Shown here piece by piece: positions 7,770 to 16,461 of a DNA stretch of 23,460 nt. Below the pieces are notes generated by a model. It was not told the origin of the DNA. It did not search any database and saw only the letters and a program-made list of their open reading frames with translations. How positions within the stretch are numbered: position 1 is the first letter of the stretch; each line of letters starts with the position of its first letter. The stretch covers positions 1 through 23,460 of the forward strand of contig JAZGFI010000039.1 of assembly GCA_036479435.1 (NCBI GenBank). The letters run 5' to 3'. The stretch comes from Planctomycetota bacterium (GTDB taxonomy: Bacteria; Planctomycetota; GCA-002687715; DRQF01). A program made the translations under genes and the position numbers.

Positions 7770-10454
7770 ATGACCGACGGCACTATCGCATTTAACGACA
7801 TCGACCCGGAAGAGACGGCAGAGTGGGTCGAGTCCTTCGATTCCGTCTTGGCCCACGACGGAGATGATCGCGCCGCCTACTTACTTAAACTCGTCGTCGA
7901 GCACGCCCAGCGCAGTGGCGTGACGGCAAAGATTCCGCGCGATACTGACTACGTCAACACCGTTGCTGCCGCCGCCGACCTCCCGTACCCAGGAGATGAG
8001 GCGATCGAGCGCCGCTTGCGGCAGATCAACCGCTGGAATGCGGCCATGATGGTGAGTCAGGCGAATAAAAAGTCCGATGGCCTCGGCGGTCACATGTCGA
8101 CCTACGCCTCTTCTGCGACTTTTTTGGAAGTCGGCTTCAACCACATTTTTCGCGGCAAAGAGGGTGCCAAAGACCGCGGTGACCAGGTCTATTTTCAGGG
8201 CCACGGCTCCCCGGGGCTCTACGCTCGGGCCTTCCTCGAGGGGCGTCTTGAGCTCTCGCATCTTGAGAACTTTCGACGCGAAGTCGATCGTGGCACCGGA
8301 CTGTCGTCTTATCCTCACCCGCGTCTCATGCCGGAGTTTTGGGAGTTTCCCACCGTCTCCATGGGACTGGGACCGCTCAACGCGATTTACCAGGCGCGTT
8401 TCAACCGCTATCTCGCCGCCCGTGGCCTCGCCGAAACGAGCGATTGCCAGGTCATGTGTTTCATGGGCGATGGGGAATGTGACGAGCCGGAGTCCTTAGG
8501 GGCGCTTTCGATCGCCGCTCGCGAAGGTTTGGATAACCTCACGTTCGTCATCAACTGCAACCTGCAACGACTTGACGGGCCGGTGCGCGGCAACGGCAAG
8601 ATTGTTCAGGAACTCGAACGCATCTTCAAAGGTGCGGGCTGGAATGTGGTCAAGTGTCTTTGGGGTCGCGGGTGGGACCCGCTGTTCGCCGCCGATGCGG
8701 ATGGCCAGCTCACACAGCTCGTCAACGAAATCGTCGACGGTGATCTCCAGCGCTTCATGCACTTTGAGCGCGATGAGACACAGTCGGAGTTCTTCGGCCG
8801 CAACGAAGCGGCCGCGAGCTTGTTCGAAACTTTAGGCGTCCGCGGCGAAGACTTGCTTCGTGGTGGCCACGACCCGGTGAAGATCTACTCGGCCTACCAA
8901 GCGGCGCGCAGCCACCGCGGCGCTCCGAGTGTCATCTTGTTTCAGACGGTAAAAGGCTGGGGCCTTGGGCCGAGTTTCGAGGGGAGCAATCCGACTCACC
9001 AAATGAAGAAGCTCACGGATCCGCAGCGGGCCGACCTCAGGGATCGCTTGGATATCCCCTTGAGCGACAGTGATCTGGAGGCGAATCCCTTTTATCACCC
9101 CGGCGAGATGAGCGCGGAAGTCCAATACATCCGCGAGCGCCGCGCCGCGCTCAAGGGATTTTTGCCTGCGCGCAAGGTTCAGATCATTCCGCAAGACCTA
9201 AAGCTTCCCGATGACAGTCTCTACGCCGATTTCTACTTGGGGTCTAAAGGTCGCGAAACCTCAACGACGATCGCCTGCGTCGGCATCATGACAAAACTTC
9301 TCGGAGACAAGAGTATCGGAGCTCGCATCGTGCCCATCGTGCCCGACGAGTCGCGCACTTTCGGTATGGAGGCGCTGTTTACCAAAGTTGGGATCTATGC
9401 TCCCTTCGATCAGGCCTACACTCCGATCGATCGCAAGTCACTAATGTACTACAAGGAAAAAGTCGACGGCCAGCTGTTGCAAGAGGGAATCAACGAGGCC
9501 GGAGCGATGGCGTCGTTTACGGCAGCAGGCACTGCGTACTCTGTGCACGGTCAGCCGATGATCCCGTTTTTCATCTACTATTCGATGTTCGGGTTCCAGC
9601 GGGTTGGCGATCTTATTTGGTCCTTTGCTGACGCTCGTGGTCGCGGATTCTTGTTGGGGGCGACCGCCGGTCGGACGAGCCTGAATGGCGAGGGCTTGCA
9701 GCACGAAGACGGCCACAGTCATGTCCTGGCTTCGACGCTCCCCAACATTCGAGCTTACGATCCCGCTTTCGGCTATGAAATTGCGGCGATCCTAAAAGAC
9801 GGCCTAAAGAGCATGATCGATGACGATCAGGATGTCTTTTACTACCTGACGCTTCAAAACGACAACTACGAGATGCCACCCGCGCCGGACATCGACGATC
9901 TCGACGACAAAATCGTTCGCGGCATCTATCTGTTGCAGGAAGCTGAGATCGAATCTGACAAGCAGGTGCAAATTTTCGGCAGCGCGGTGATGATCAACGC
10001 GGCGCTGAAGGCACAGCAGATACTGGCAGATGACTACGGCGTTGCCGCCGATGTCTGGAGCGTGACGAGCTATCAAGCCCTCCGCAACGACGCACTTGCC
10101 GTGGAACGAAACAACCGGCTACATCCGAAAACAAAAGCACCTCAGCCCTTCATCACGGAGGCTTTAGCGGGCCATGATGGACCTATCATCGCGGTTACCG
10201 ATTTCATGAAGAGTGTCGCGGATCAGGTGTCGAGATTCGTGCCGAACCGGTTCATCCCCTTGGGTACCGACGGTTTTGGTATGAGCGATTCGCGTGAGGC
10301 GCTGCGCTCCCACTTCGAAGTTGATGCTGCCTCCGTGACCATCGCCGCGTTGGACGGCCTACGCCTCGATGGCAAGATCGGGATTCGCGAACTCAAAAAA
10401 GCGATCAAGGACTCGGGCATTGATCCGGACAAGACCGATCCCGCTTCGATCTAG
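7770..10454 (+). CDS. aceE: Pyruvate dehydrogenase E1 component, homodimeric type
   Basis: DIDPEETAEW, GGHMSTYAS, LSSYPHPRLMPEFWEFPTVSMGLGP, TPP motif GDGECDE...NCNLQRLDGP, YYSMFGFQRVGD, NGEGLQHEDGHS. Confidence 0.97.
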   Translation: MTDGTIAFNDIDPEETAEWVESFDSVLAHDGDDRAAYLLKLVVEHAQRSGVTAKIPRDTDYVNTVAAAADLPYPGDEAIERRLRQINRWNAAMMVSQANKKSDGLGGHMSTYASSATFLEVGFNHIFRGKEGAKDRGDQVYFQGHGSPGLYARAFLEGRLELSHLENFRREVDRGTGLSSYPHPRLMPEFWEFPTVSMGLGPLNAIYQARFNRYLAARGLAETSDCQVMCFMGDGECDEPESLGALSIAAREGLDNLTFVINCNLQRLDGPVRGNGKIVQELERIFKGAGWNVVKCLWGRGWDPLFAADADGQLTQLVNEIVDGDLQRFMHFERDETQSEFFGRNEAAASLFETLGVRGEDLLRGGHDPVKIYSAYQAARSHRGAPSVILFQTVKGWGLGPSFEGSNPTHQMKKLTDPQRADLRDRLDIPLSDSDLEANPFYHPGEMSAEVQYIRERRAALKGFLPARKVQIIPQDLKLPDDSLYADFYLGSKGRETSTTIACVGIMTKLLGDKSIGARIVPIVPDESRTFGMEALFTKVGIYAPFDQAYTPIDRKSLMYYKEKVDGQLLQEGINEAGAMASFTAAGTAYSVHGQPMIPFFIYYSMFGFQRVGDLIWSFADARGRGFLLGATAGRTSLNGEGLQHEDGHSHVLASTLPNIRAYDPAFGYEIAAILKDGLKSMIDDDQDVFYYLTLQNDNYEMPPAPDIDDLDDKIVRGIYLLQEAEIESDKQVQIFGSAVMINAALKAQQILADDYGVAADVWSVTSYQALRNDALAVERNNRLHPKTKAPQPFITEALAGHDGPIIAVTDFMKSVADQVSRFVPNRFIPLGTDGFGMSDSREALRSHFEVDAASVTIAALDGLRLDGKIGIRELKKAIKDSGIDPDKTDPASI

Positions 10455-10532
10455 GACCCGTCGCGCGTAGTCGGCGCCGCGACCGCGAAGAGGCTAGCGA
10501 GCGTCTTGACCGAACATTCTGGACGGGCTGCC

Positions 10533-11753
10533 TTAGCCGAGTGCCTTGAGGACTTCGTCGACGACGCGGTCCTGATCGGATTCCGTCAAGTCGGGGTAGA
10601 TTGGCAAGCGAAGCAGGGTGCGATGGAAACGCTTCGCGTTGGGCAGCGCTTGATGGCTAGGACCGCCGCAAAGCTTGCGTCCGTAGGGCGACTGGTCAAG
10701 CGGGTGAAAATGCGTGCTGGCCTCAATTCCCGCCGCAGAAAGTCTCGTCTGGACTTTCTGCCGATTGGATTCCGTAGGGAATGCAACCCAAAAGATGTGG
10801 CCGTTGTTTTGAGCGTCGACACGCTCGCGAGGCAGCAACAAGTCGTAGCGCTCGGCGGCTTCGGCTAACAGCCCTAAATACCGTGCGTGCAGAATTCGGC
10901 GGCGAGCCAGAATGTGATCGGCCTTCGCGAGCTGCGCGCACAAAATCGCAGACGAGATCTCGCTTGGCAAAAAGGACGACCCGATCGAGCACCAAGAGTA
11001 GCGATCAATTTCGCCGTTCATGAACTCGCGACGGTTTGTTCCCATCTCTCGGATGTGAGAGAGCGATCGATCAATCTCGGCATTCGATGAAATGATGAGG
11101 CCGCCCTCACCGCAAGTGAGGTTCTTGGTGCCGTGGAATGAAATGCAACCGAGATCGCCAAGGGTTCCACAGGCGCGACCGCGCAGTCTGCTGTCGAAGG
11201 CCTGCGCGGCATCTTCGATGATGGCGATTGTTTTGTCTCCAAGCGCGACGCGGAGCTGATCGACGTCGAAGGGGTCACCGGCGTAGTGGACCACTACGAT
11301 GGCTTTGGTTTTTGCCGTCACCAAGTTAAGGACGCTCTGCAAGCCGGGCTCGGGGTCCTCAAAGCCACTGTCCGCAAACCTGACCTTGCAGCCCTGCCGA
11401 ATAAACGCCGAGGCGCTGGTCGGAAAACCAAAGGTGGGCACCACGACCTCGTTTCGAGCCGAGAGTTCTAAGGCCATCGCCGCGCTTTCCAAGGCGTGGG
11501 TGCAGGACGTGACCAGTCTCGCGTAGGGAGTCTCGAGCCGCTCCTGAATGAGCTCTTCGGTCTTCTGCAACCACAGGCCGCCACCCTGCACCATGCCGGA
11601 CTCAACTACGCTGCGCGCAGCATTTGCCTCAGCCTCGTCGTAACAAGGGCGGTGAAGTGGTATCTCCGCGTGCCGAGAAGGCGCGGGACTGTCAAGGCGG
11701 GGCTTCTCATCGCTCGCGGAAATGGCAGGGCTCTTTTTTTGATCCTTAGGCAT
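10533..11753 (-). CDS. wecE: DegT/DnrJ/EryC1/StrS PLP-dependent sugar aminotransferase, WecE/RffA-like (dTDP-4-amino-4,6-dideoxygalactose transaminase)
   Basis: TSCTHALE, VVVHYAG, IEDAAQA, SFHGTKNLTCGEGG (PLP Lys), and the WecE-type REMGTNR...DRYSWCSIGSSFLPSE. ATG 11753 is preferred over TTG 11795. Confidence 0.88.
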   Translation of the reverse strand: MPKDQKKSPAISASDEKPRLDSPAPSRHAEIPLHRPCYDEAEANAARSVVESGMVQGGGLWLQKTEELIQERLETPYARLVTSCTHALESAAMALELSARNEVVVPTFGFPTSASAFIRQGCKVRFADSGFEDPEPGLQSVLNLVTAKTKAIVVVHYAGDPFDVDQLRVALGDKTIAIIEDAAQAFDSRLRGRACGTLGDLGCISFHGTKNLTCGEGGLIISSNAEIDRSLSHIREMGTNRREFMNGEIDRYSWCSIGSSFLPSEISSAILCAQLAKADHILARRRILHARYLGLLAEAAERYDLLLPRERVDAQNNGHIFWVAFPTESNRQKVQTRLSAAGIEASTHFHPLDQSPYGRKLCGGPSHQALPNAKRFHRTLLRLPIYPDLTESDQDRVVDEVLKALG

Positions 11754-11842
11754 CGTGGCGATGGTATCCGATGCATCGAGCAAAGTTGTCAGCAAAACCG
11801 CGATTTGATTTGGCTTGGTTTGTTGACAGGTGATCTACGCCG

Positions 11843-11881
11843 AAAAAAGTGGGGGGCTCCCCGAAAGGTGAGCCCCCCTTT
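11843..11881 (-). terminator. Rho-independent terminator downstream of the choice-of-anchor L gene
   Basis: 9-bp GC-rich stem GGGGGGCTC (11851-11859)/GAGCCCCCC (11870-11878) around a GAAA/TTTC loop. On the minus strand it is followed by ACTTTTTT, about 50 nt after the stop at 11932. Confidence 0.85.
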
Positions 11882-11931
11882 ATCGGCTTAGTCCGAAATC
11901 GGACGGTCGTGGGTCAGATTCTCGTTGAGAA

Positions 11932-13557
11932 TCAGAATCCTCCGAATCCAGCCAGACTGAACGGAATGGTGAAGGTGTCACCCGGGTTGACGACGCCAGT
12001 TCCGGCCGGGAAGGCCATGATGTTGCTCGTCGTAGTCGTGCCGTAGAAGACGGCTCCCGATCCAATGGTGTACTCAAGACCCCAAGACATGCTCAAGGCG
12101 TTGCCTGGGTAAGCCGACGCGTTGAACACGAAGGCCTGGGCGTAGAACTTGACGCCGATGAGTGACTGAAGGTTGGGAATGTAGAAGTTCGGAAGTGTCG
12201 ACAGGGTCATCGGGCGCAGCCAAAGCGGGTTTACGCGGAGGATGTCGTTCGAGTCGCCACCGATTTGTGCGACCACAGGGTTCAAGCCGATCAGCATCAT
12301 GCATTCGAAGACTTCGATTTCGACGGAGCACTCGCTGGTATCACCCGCGCTGTCCAACAGGCTGTAGGTGAAGACGTAGGTGCCGATCGGGTTTTGCGCC
12401 GAGGTCGGCATCCAGACGAAGTTGAGGACCTCAGGCTGGCCTCCAGCCGTCGGGAATGCGCTGTCGTAGCTGACGTTCAGGGGCAGCGGAATGCCTACCG
12501 GAGTTCCGGCCGGAGCTTGGTAAGTGACGGTGACGCCGGTGAGCTGGACCGTTTCGCCGGGGTTGTTGGAGATCGCACGTATTTCGTGGGCCGCAGTGCC
12601 AGCATCGACGAGAACCTGGAGCGGTATAGCACCAAGTTCGACGGCGGGTGTCGGTGAGATACAGGACGGGTCCGCCGAAACAACGATGCTCGAGGCTTGG
12701 ATGAACACAAAGCTGTCAAGATTGCTGTCGCTAACGTCGGCGATCACGAGTTTGATGGTGTGGGGGCCGGGACCTGTCACCGTGCCGACAGCGGTGAGCA
12801 CGTCGGAGAAACCATCGGCTTCAATGTCGAAGAAGGGGCCGCCGTCTGAGAGGTCGTTGTTGTTAAACAGGTTGCAGAAATCGTCGGGATGGGCGGGATC
12901 AAAGGGGTTGCCACAGTTGAGGTTGTTGATTGCAACGGGGGTCACAAGGTCGGGCAAGACTGCGATGTTGCTGCCGTTGAGGAAAAATGCGAAGACGTCA
13001 TTGAAAGCTGAGTCTACGAATTCATTGTACTCGTCGGAGGCGAAGACAAACTGGAACTGAACTCCAGCACTGGCGCCTGGGGCGATGCTCGCATCGGTGA
13101 AGTCGAACTGCAAGACCGTCGAGTCCTGAAGGCCCGCAGTCGCCAGGACGGCAAGGTCCGGGTCTGATCCGGTGCTGAGATTTGTGGTGACGTTGTCCAA
13201 TGTGTTGGGTCCAACGATGGTGGCAATGTCTCCACTCGAAAGAATGACGCCACTTTCGATGCCGATGATGCTGCCAGCGCCACTAAAAGTCCCCAGTGCG
13301 ATGAGGTCGGCGTTGTTGGTGCCATCGGAGATGGTACTGACGTTGCTAACGACAACGCCCAAACCTGCGAGGGACTCTGCGAGGGCGGTCGCCGTTAAAG
13401 CACCCGAAAGGTCGGTGGTGACGATGGGGCCTCCAGCCGTTTGACCGACTGGTTTGTTAGTGCCGCCGACGGGGAGGTTGGGCCGCGACTGGGCCATTAG
13501 AGAGAGGGAGAAGAAGGCCGCGACGATTAGCGCGAGCACTGTAGATCGATGATTCAT
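11932..13557 (-). CDS. Secreted choice-of-anchor L domain-containing protein (541 aa)
   Basis: Signal peptide MNHRSTVLALIVAAFFSLSLMA|Q. Motifs GVILSSG, FQFVFASDEYNEFVDSAFNDVFAFFLNG.NIA, DGFSDVL and HTIKLVIADVSDSNLDSFVFI match the choice-of-anchor L domain. GAGG lies upstream of ATG 13557. Confidence 0.85.
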   Translation of the reverse strand: MNHRSTVLALIVAAFFSLSLMAQSRPNLPVGGTNKPVGQTAGGPIVTTDLSGALTATALAESLAGLGVVVSNVSTISDGTNNADLIALGTFSGAGSIIGIESGVILSSGDIATIVGPNTLDNVTTNLSTGSDPDLAVLATAGLQDSTVLQFDFTDASIAPGASAGVQFQFVFASDEYNEFVDSAFNDVFAFFLNGSNIAVLPDLVTPVAINNLNCGNPFDPAHPDDFCNLFNNNDLSDGGPFFDIEADGFSDVLTAVGTVTGPGPHTIKLVIADVSDSNLDSFVFIQASSIVVSADPSCISPTPAVELGAIPLQVLVDAGTAAHEIRAISNNPGETVQLTGVTVTYQAPAGTPVGIPLPLNVSYDSAFPTAGGQPEVLNFVWMPTSAQNPIGTYVFTYSLLDSAGDTSECSVEIEVFECMMLIGLNPVVAQIGGDSNDILRVNPLWLRPMTLSTLPNFYIPNLQSLIGVKFYAQAFVFNASAYPGNALSMSWGLEYTIGSGAVFYGTTTTSNIMAFPAGTGVVNPGDTFTIPFSLAGFGGF

Positions 13558-13778
13558 GGATAGGGCGCCTCTAGATGCTTTCGGAATTGAACGGCAATTT
13601 TTTGGCGAAGTGAGCCTGAGCGAGTGAGGTCCCGCGGGTTGGCTTACGAGCCTCGCCGCTGGCATGGTCGCGCTCCCGGCCACCGGGCTCAATCAAAATA
13701 GCTGAGTGCGACAATTGACTTGATTGTCTTCACGGAGTAGGCGTGGGATGCGAACAGACCGCAGTATTGAGAACGAAC

Positions 13779-13787
13779 ATGATAACA
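13779..13787 (-). promoter_or_regulatory. Candidate extended -10 element (TG-T-TATCAT) for the choice-of-anchor L gene
   Basis: Minus strand TGTTATCAT in the 287-bp intergenic gap; no -35 found at the usual spacing. Confidence 0.3.
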
Positions 13788-13844
13788 TAGACTTAGAGCG
13801 ACGGCCGCCGAATATTGCTGCCAATGTTGGGATACTGTCGCAAG

Positions 13845-14813
13845 TCAAAAATTGTTGGATTCTTTGCCATTGGCGACGCCGTAGAGCTGGCGGCGAGGCA
13901 AGAATGTGCAAATCTTGGCCGCTGTTTTCTTGGGAAGGCAACGCAACATAAGTTGGCCGAAGCTGACTTTTAGGGCAGTCGGACTAAAAACTCGGCCCCC
14001 GCTACCAGCGAGCGCTAGACTCGCCGCCACTCGATCACCACGCCTAATGCGCTGCCACGCGAGTTCATAACGCCGGCGCTTTTCTTGTGATCGTGCCAGT
14101 TTTTTTAACGGGTCATTCTCAGCCAAACTGTCCGCAACGCCATGCAACAAGTCGACATACTCGGAAAGTAGCCCTTCGATCTGATGAGAGACGTTCCGAT
14201 CGTGGATTCGATACCGCGCCAAGACCTCGGAGACGAATTCAACCGGATGGTGTTTCGCGATTCTAAGGCAAAGATCGAGGTCCTCGAGAAAACTCAAATT
14301 CTCATTGAACCCGCCGAGCCGTTCGAAGAGTTCGCGCCTCAAAACGGTCGTTTCGATGGGGATAAAGTTCGCCCTAATCAAGGCAGCGAAGACATTCCCC
14401 GATTTGTAGTCTAAAAAATTGGCCCGAGTGCCGTGCTCGACGCCGTGGTCATCGATAATCGTCGAGTCGGCGTAGACCAGGCCCAAGTCCGGGTTTTCTA
14501 GTAAGCGTCGCGGCAGAGTAGCCGCGAGCGTGGGCTCCCAGATGTCGTCTTGGTCCAAGAACGCAATGACATCAGAATGTGCTCGCTGGGCGGCTCGGTT
14601 GCGTGCTTTCGATACGCCCTGGCGCGACTGCTGAATCAGCTCGACTTGAGGGTAACGGCCCACTAAGTCCGGCGTGCCGTCTGTTGATCCGTCATCTACA
14701 ACGGTGATCTGTACCGGGCCCGCTGTTTGAGCTAAGAGACTCTCGATAGCTTCGCCAATAAAGGCGGCGCCATTGTGAGTCGCGATACCGACGCTGACGA
14801 TGGGTTTCAGCAT
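13845..14813 (-). CDS. Glycosyltransferase family 2
   Basis: VSVGIATHN, VVDDGSTDGT, GVSKARN, AFLDQDDIW (DxD), GGFNENLSFLEDLDLCLR. Confidence 0.92.
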   Translation of the reverse strand: MLKPIVSVGIATHNGAAFIGEAIESLLAQTAGPVQITVVDDGSTDGTPDLVGRYPQVELIQQSRQGVSKARNRAAQRAHSDVIAFLDQDDIWEPTLAATLPRRLLENPDLGLVYADSTIIDDHGVEHGTRANFLDYKSGNVFAALIRANFIPIETTVLRRELFERLGGFNENLSFLEDLDLCLRIAKHHPVEFVSEVLARYRIHDRNVSHQIEGLLSEYVDLLHGVADSLAENDPLKKLARSQEKRRRYELAWQRIRRGDRVAASLALAGSGGRVFSPTALKVSFGQLMLRCLPKKTAAKICTFLPRRQLYGVANGKESNNF

Positions 14814-14826
14814 TGAGTTTTGACGC

Positions 14827-16284
14827 TCATCTCAAAGACTCAATTTCAGTTCGCAAAGACGGATGATGCGAAAGACGTCCCGCGATCCACCAGCTTGCGA
14901 TGCCCACCCCAATGATGATGCCCGGACGCCAAGAGTCAAGGCCGCTCAGTCCAAGATAAGCCGCGATTGGGACGATCGCGGCGAGCAAGAGCCTGCGAAG
15001 ACCCCAGTCTGAACTGGCGAGTTCAAGGCCGGTAGCCTCCCGAAGAGCGTTCCTCGCGACTCTCACTGCGATCACGGCGCTGGCGAATCGAGCGATCACA
15101 GCGCCAATTACCAAAGCCAAGAGGCCAAAGTTTAGGCTCAAGGTGACGGCGAACAAGACAAGGGCTAAGCGCAGCCAACTCAGTACCAAGACCGATCGAC
15201 TGCGGCTTTGAGCTTTCAAAAGGGTAATCGCCACGACTTCTAGGGATCGGAACCCAGCGGCCCCCACGAGTAATGCGATAAGAGGGCCAGTGGCTCTCCA
15301 GGCATCCGGAAGGACTTGCGGAGCGAGATCGTGGATGACGAAGGCGGCAAGAAGATGGAAGGGGAGCAGGGTCCCCATGACTAAGCGAAAAGCTGCTTCG
15401 CTACGTTGAATCTTAGTCTCAGCGGCAGCGGTTCCGAATCCAGGCATGAGCAAGCGCTCTGCGACTTGCTCGGTGAACTCAGGCGTCGGTTGCGAGACCT
15501 GCCAGGAAAACTCAAGACGACCCAAAAAGGCGCGTCCCAAAAAGATCCGTGTCGCGAAGGATTCGACCTTTTGCCCGAGCATGACCGTTAGGTTGCTGAG
15601 CGCCAAGTCGAAGCCCCTGGAGAGGACGCGATCGTCGAGTTTTTGGACCTCAGTCTCAGTCTTATCAAGCGGAGCGTGGGACAGTTGAACATGGCTAAGG
15701 GCGAGCGCAGTGGCGGCATTGGCGTACCATCCCACCACGAGTGACCAAGCTTCGAGCCCGAGTCCAGCTGATATCAAGATAGCCGCCACCATCGCGCAGG
15801 TGGAGCCAACTTCGACCGTGAAGGTGCGTCGGTATTGCCGCGCCCGTATCAAACGTGCGCTAGGCAAGACAGCCTGCATCGCGAGAGCGATCATCGGAGC
15901 TAAGAACAGTAAGTAACGACCGGTCTCCGGCCAAACGCCAAGGAGGCTCCAACCCAGAGCAGCGGCCAAGGCGCTGCCGCCCAAGCCAGTCCATAAATGA
16001 AAGCGTCGCAGCCGTCGCCAAATGGTTTGGTCGAGGCGCGGGGCGAACACGCAAGCGTCGTCGAGACCCCAGATTGCGAGCAGCGAAATGGCTGTCGCCA
16101 GCATTCCGGCCAAAAAGACGTCGCCGAAAATTGCCGGGGACAAAAACCAGGCCAAGACTATCTTGGAGAAGAAACGAAGTACTTGAACGAGAGGATTGCC
16201 AAAAACAGCAAAGCCCCAGCTCGATGGGGGCGGGTGAAAATCGGCCTCACTTGCGTTCGGATTGGGGTGGCGGTTGGGGCTCAT
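14827..16284 (-). CDS. wzx: Oligosaccharide flippase (Wzx/PST family, MOP superfamily)
   Basis: 485-aa polytopic membrane protein with KIVLAWFLSPAIFG (the 'ARLL.P.DFG' motif), GLEAWSLVVG and VLPDAWRATGPLI. Sits 13 nt upstream of the GT2 gene. Confidence 0.8.
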   Translation of the reverse strand: MSPNRHPNPNASEADFHPPPSSWGFAVFGNPLVQVLRFFSKIVLAWFLSPAIFGDVFLAGMLATAISLLAIWGLDDACVFAPRLDQTIWRRLRRFHLWTGLGGSALAAALGWSLLGVWPETGRYLLFLAPMIALAMQAVLPSARLIRARQYRRTFTVEVGSTCAMVAAILISAGLGLEAWSLVVGWYANAATALALSHVQLSHAPLDKTETEVQKLDDRVLSRGFDLALSNLTVMLGQKVESFATRIFLGRAFLGRLEFSWQVSQPTPEFTEQVAERLLMPGFGTAAAETKIQRSEAAFRLVMGTLLPFHLLAAFVIHDLAPQVLPDAWRATGPLIALLVGAAGFRSLEVVAITLLKAQSRSRSVLVLSWLRLALVLFAVTLSLNFGLLALVIGAVIARFASAVIAVRVARNALREATGLELASSDWGLRRLLLAAIVPIAAYLGLSGLDSWRPGIIIGVGIASWWIAGRLSHHPSLRTEIESLR

Positions 16285-16461
16285 CTGGTCTTTTTCTGAA
16301 TCCGATCCGATTCCGCGGCCCCCATGCTCATGCTGAATATTAACTCGGTTAGTGATGCGAGCTAATTGTGTAGAGATTTCCTGCCAAGTGCCCTAACCTC
16401 TACAACCTTGATTGAGTTTGCCGCTTACCAGTGTTTTCGCAACACGATTTTCGGGAGTCCC

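Noticed and set aside
10455..10532. GC hairpin between convergent aceE and wecE
   Set aside because: Short imperfect stem without a U-tract; not enough to call a terminator.
13558..13700. Possible riboswitch in the long leader of the choice-of-anchor L gene
   Set aside because: Only short GC hairpins; no match to riboswitch consensus sequences that I can recognise.
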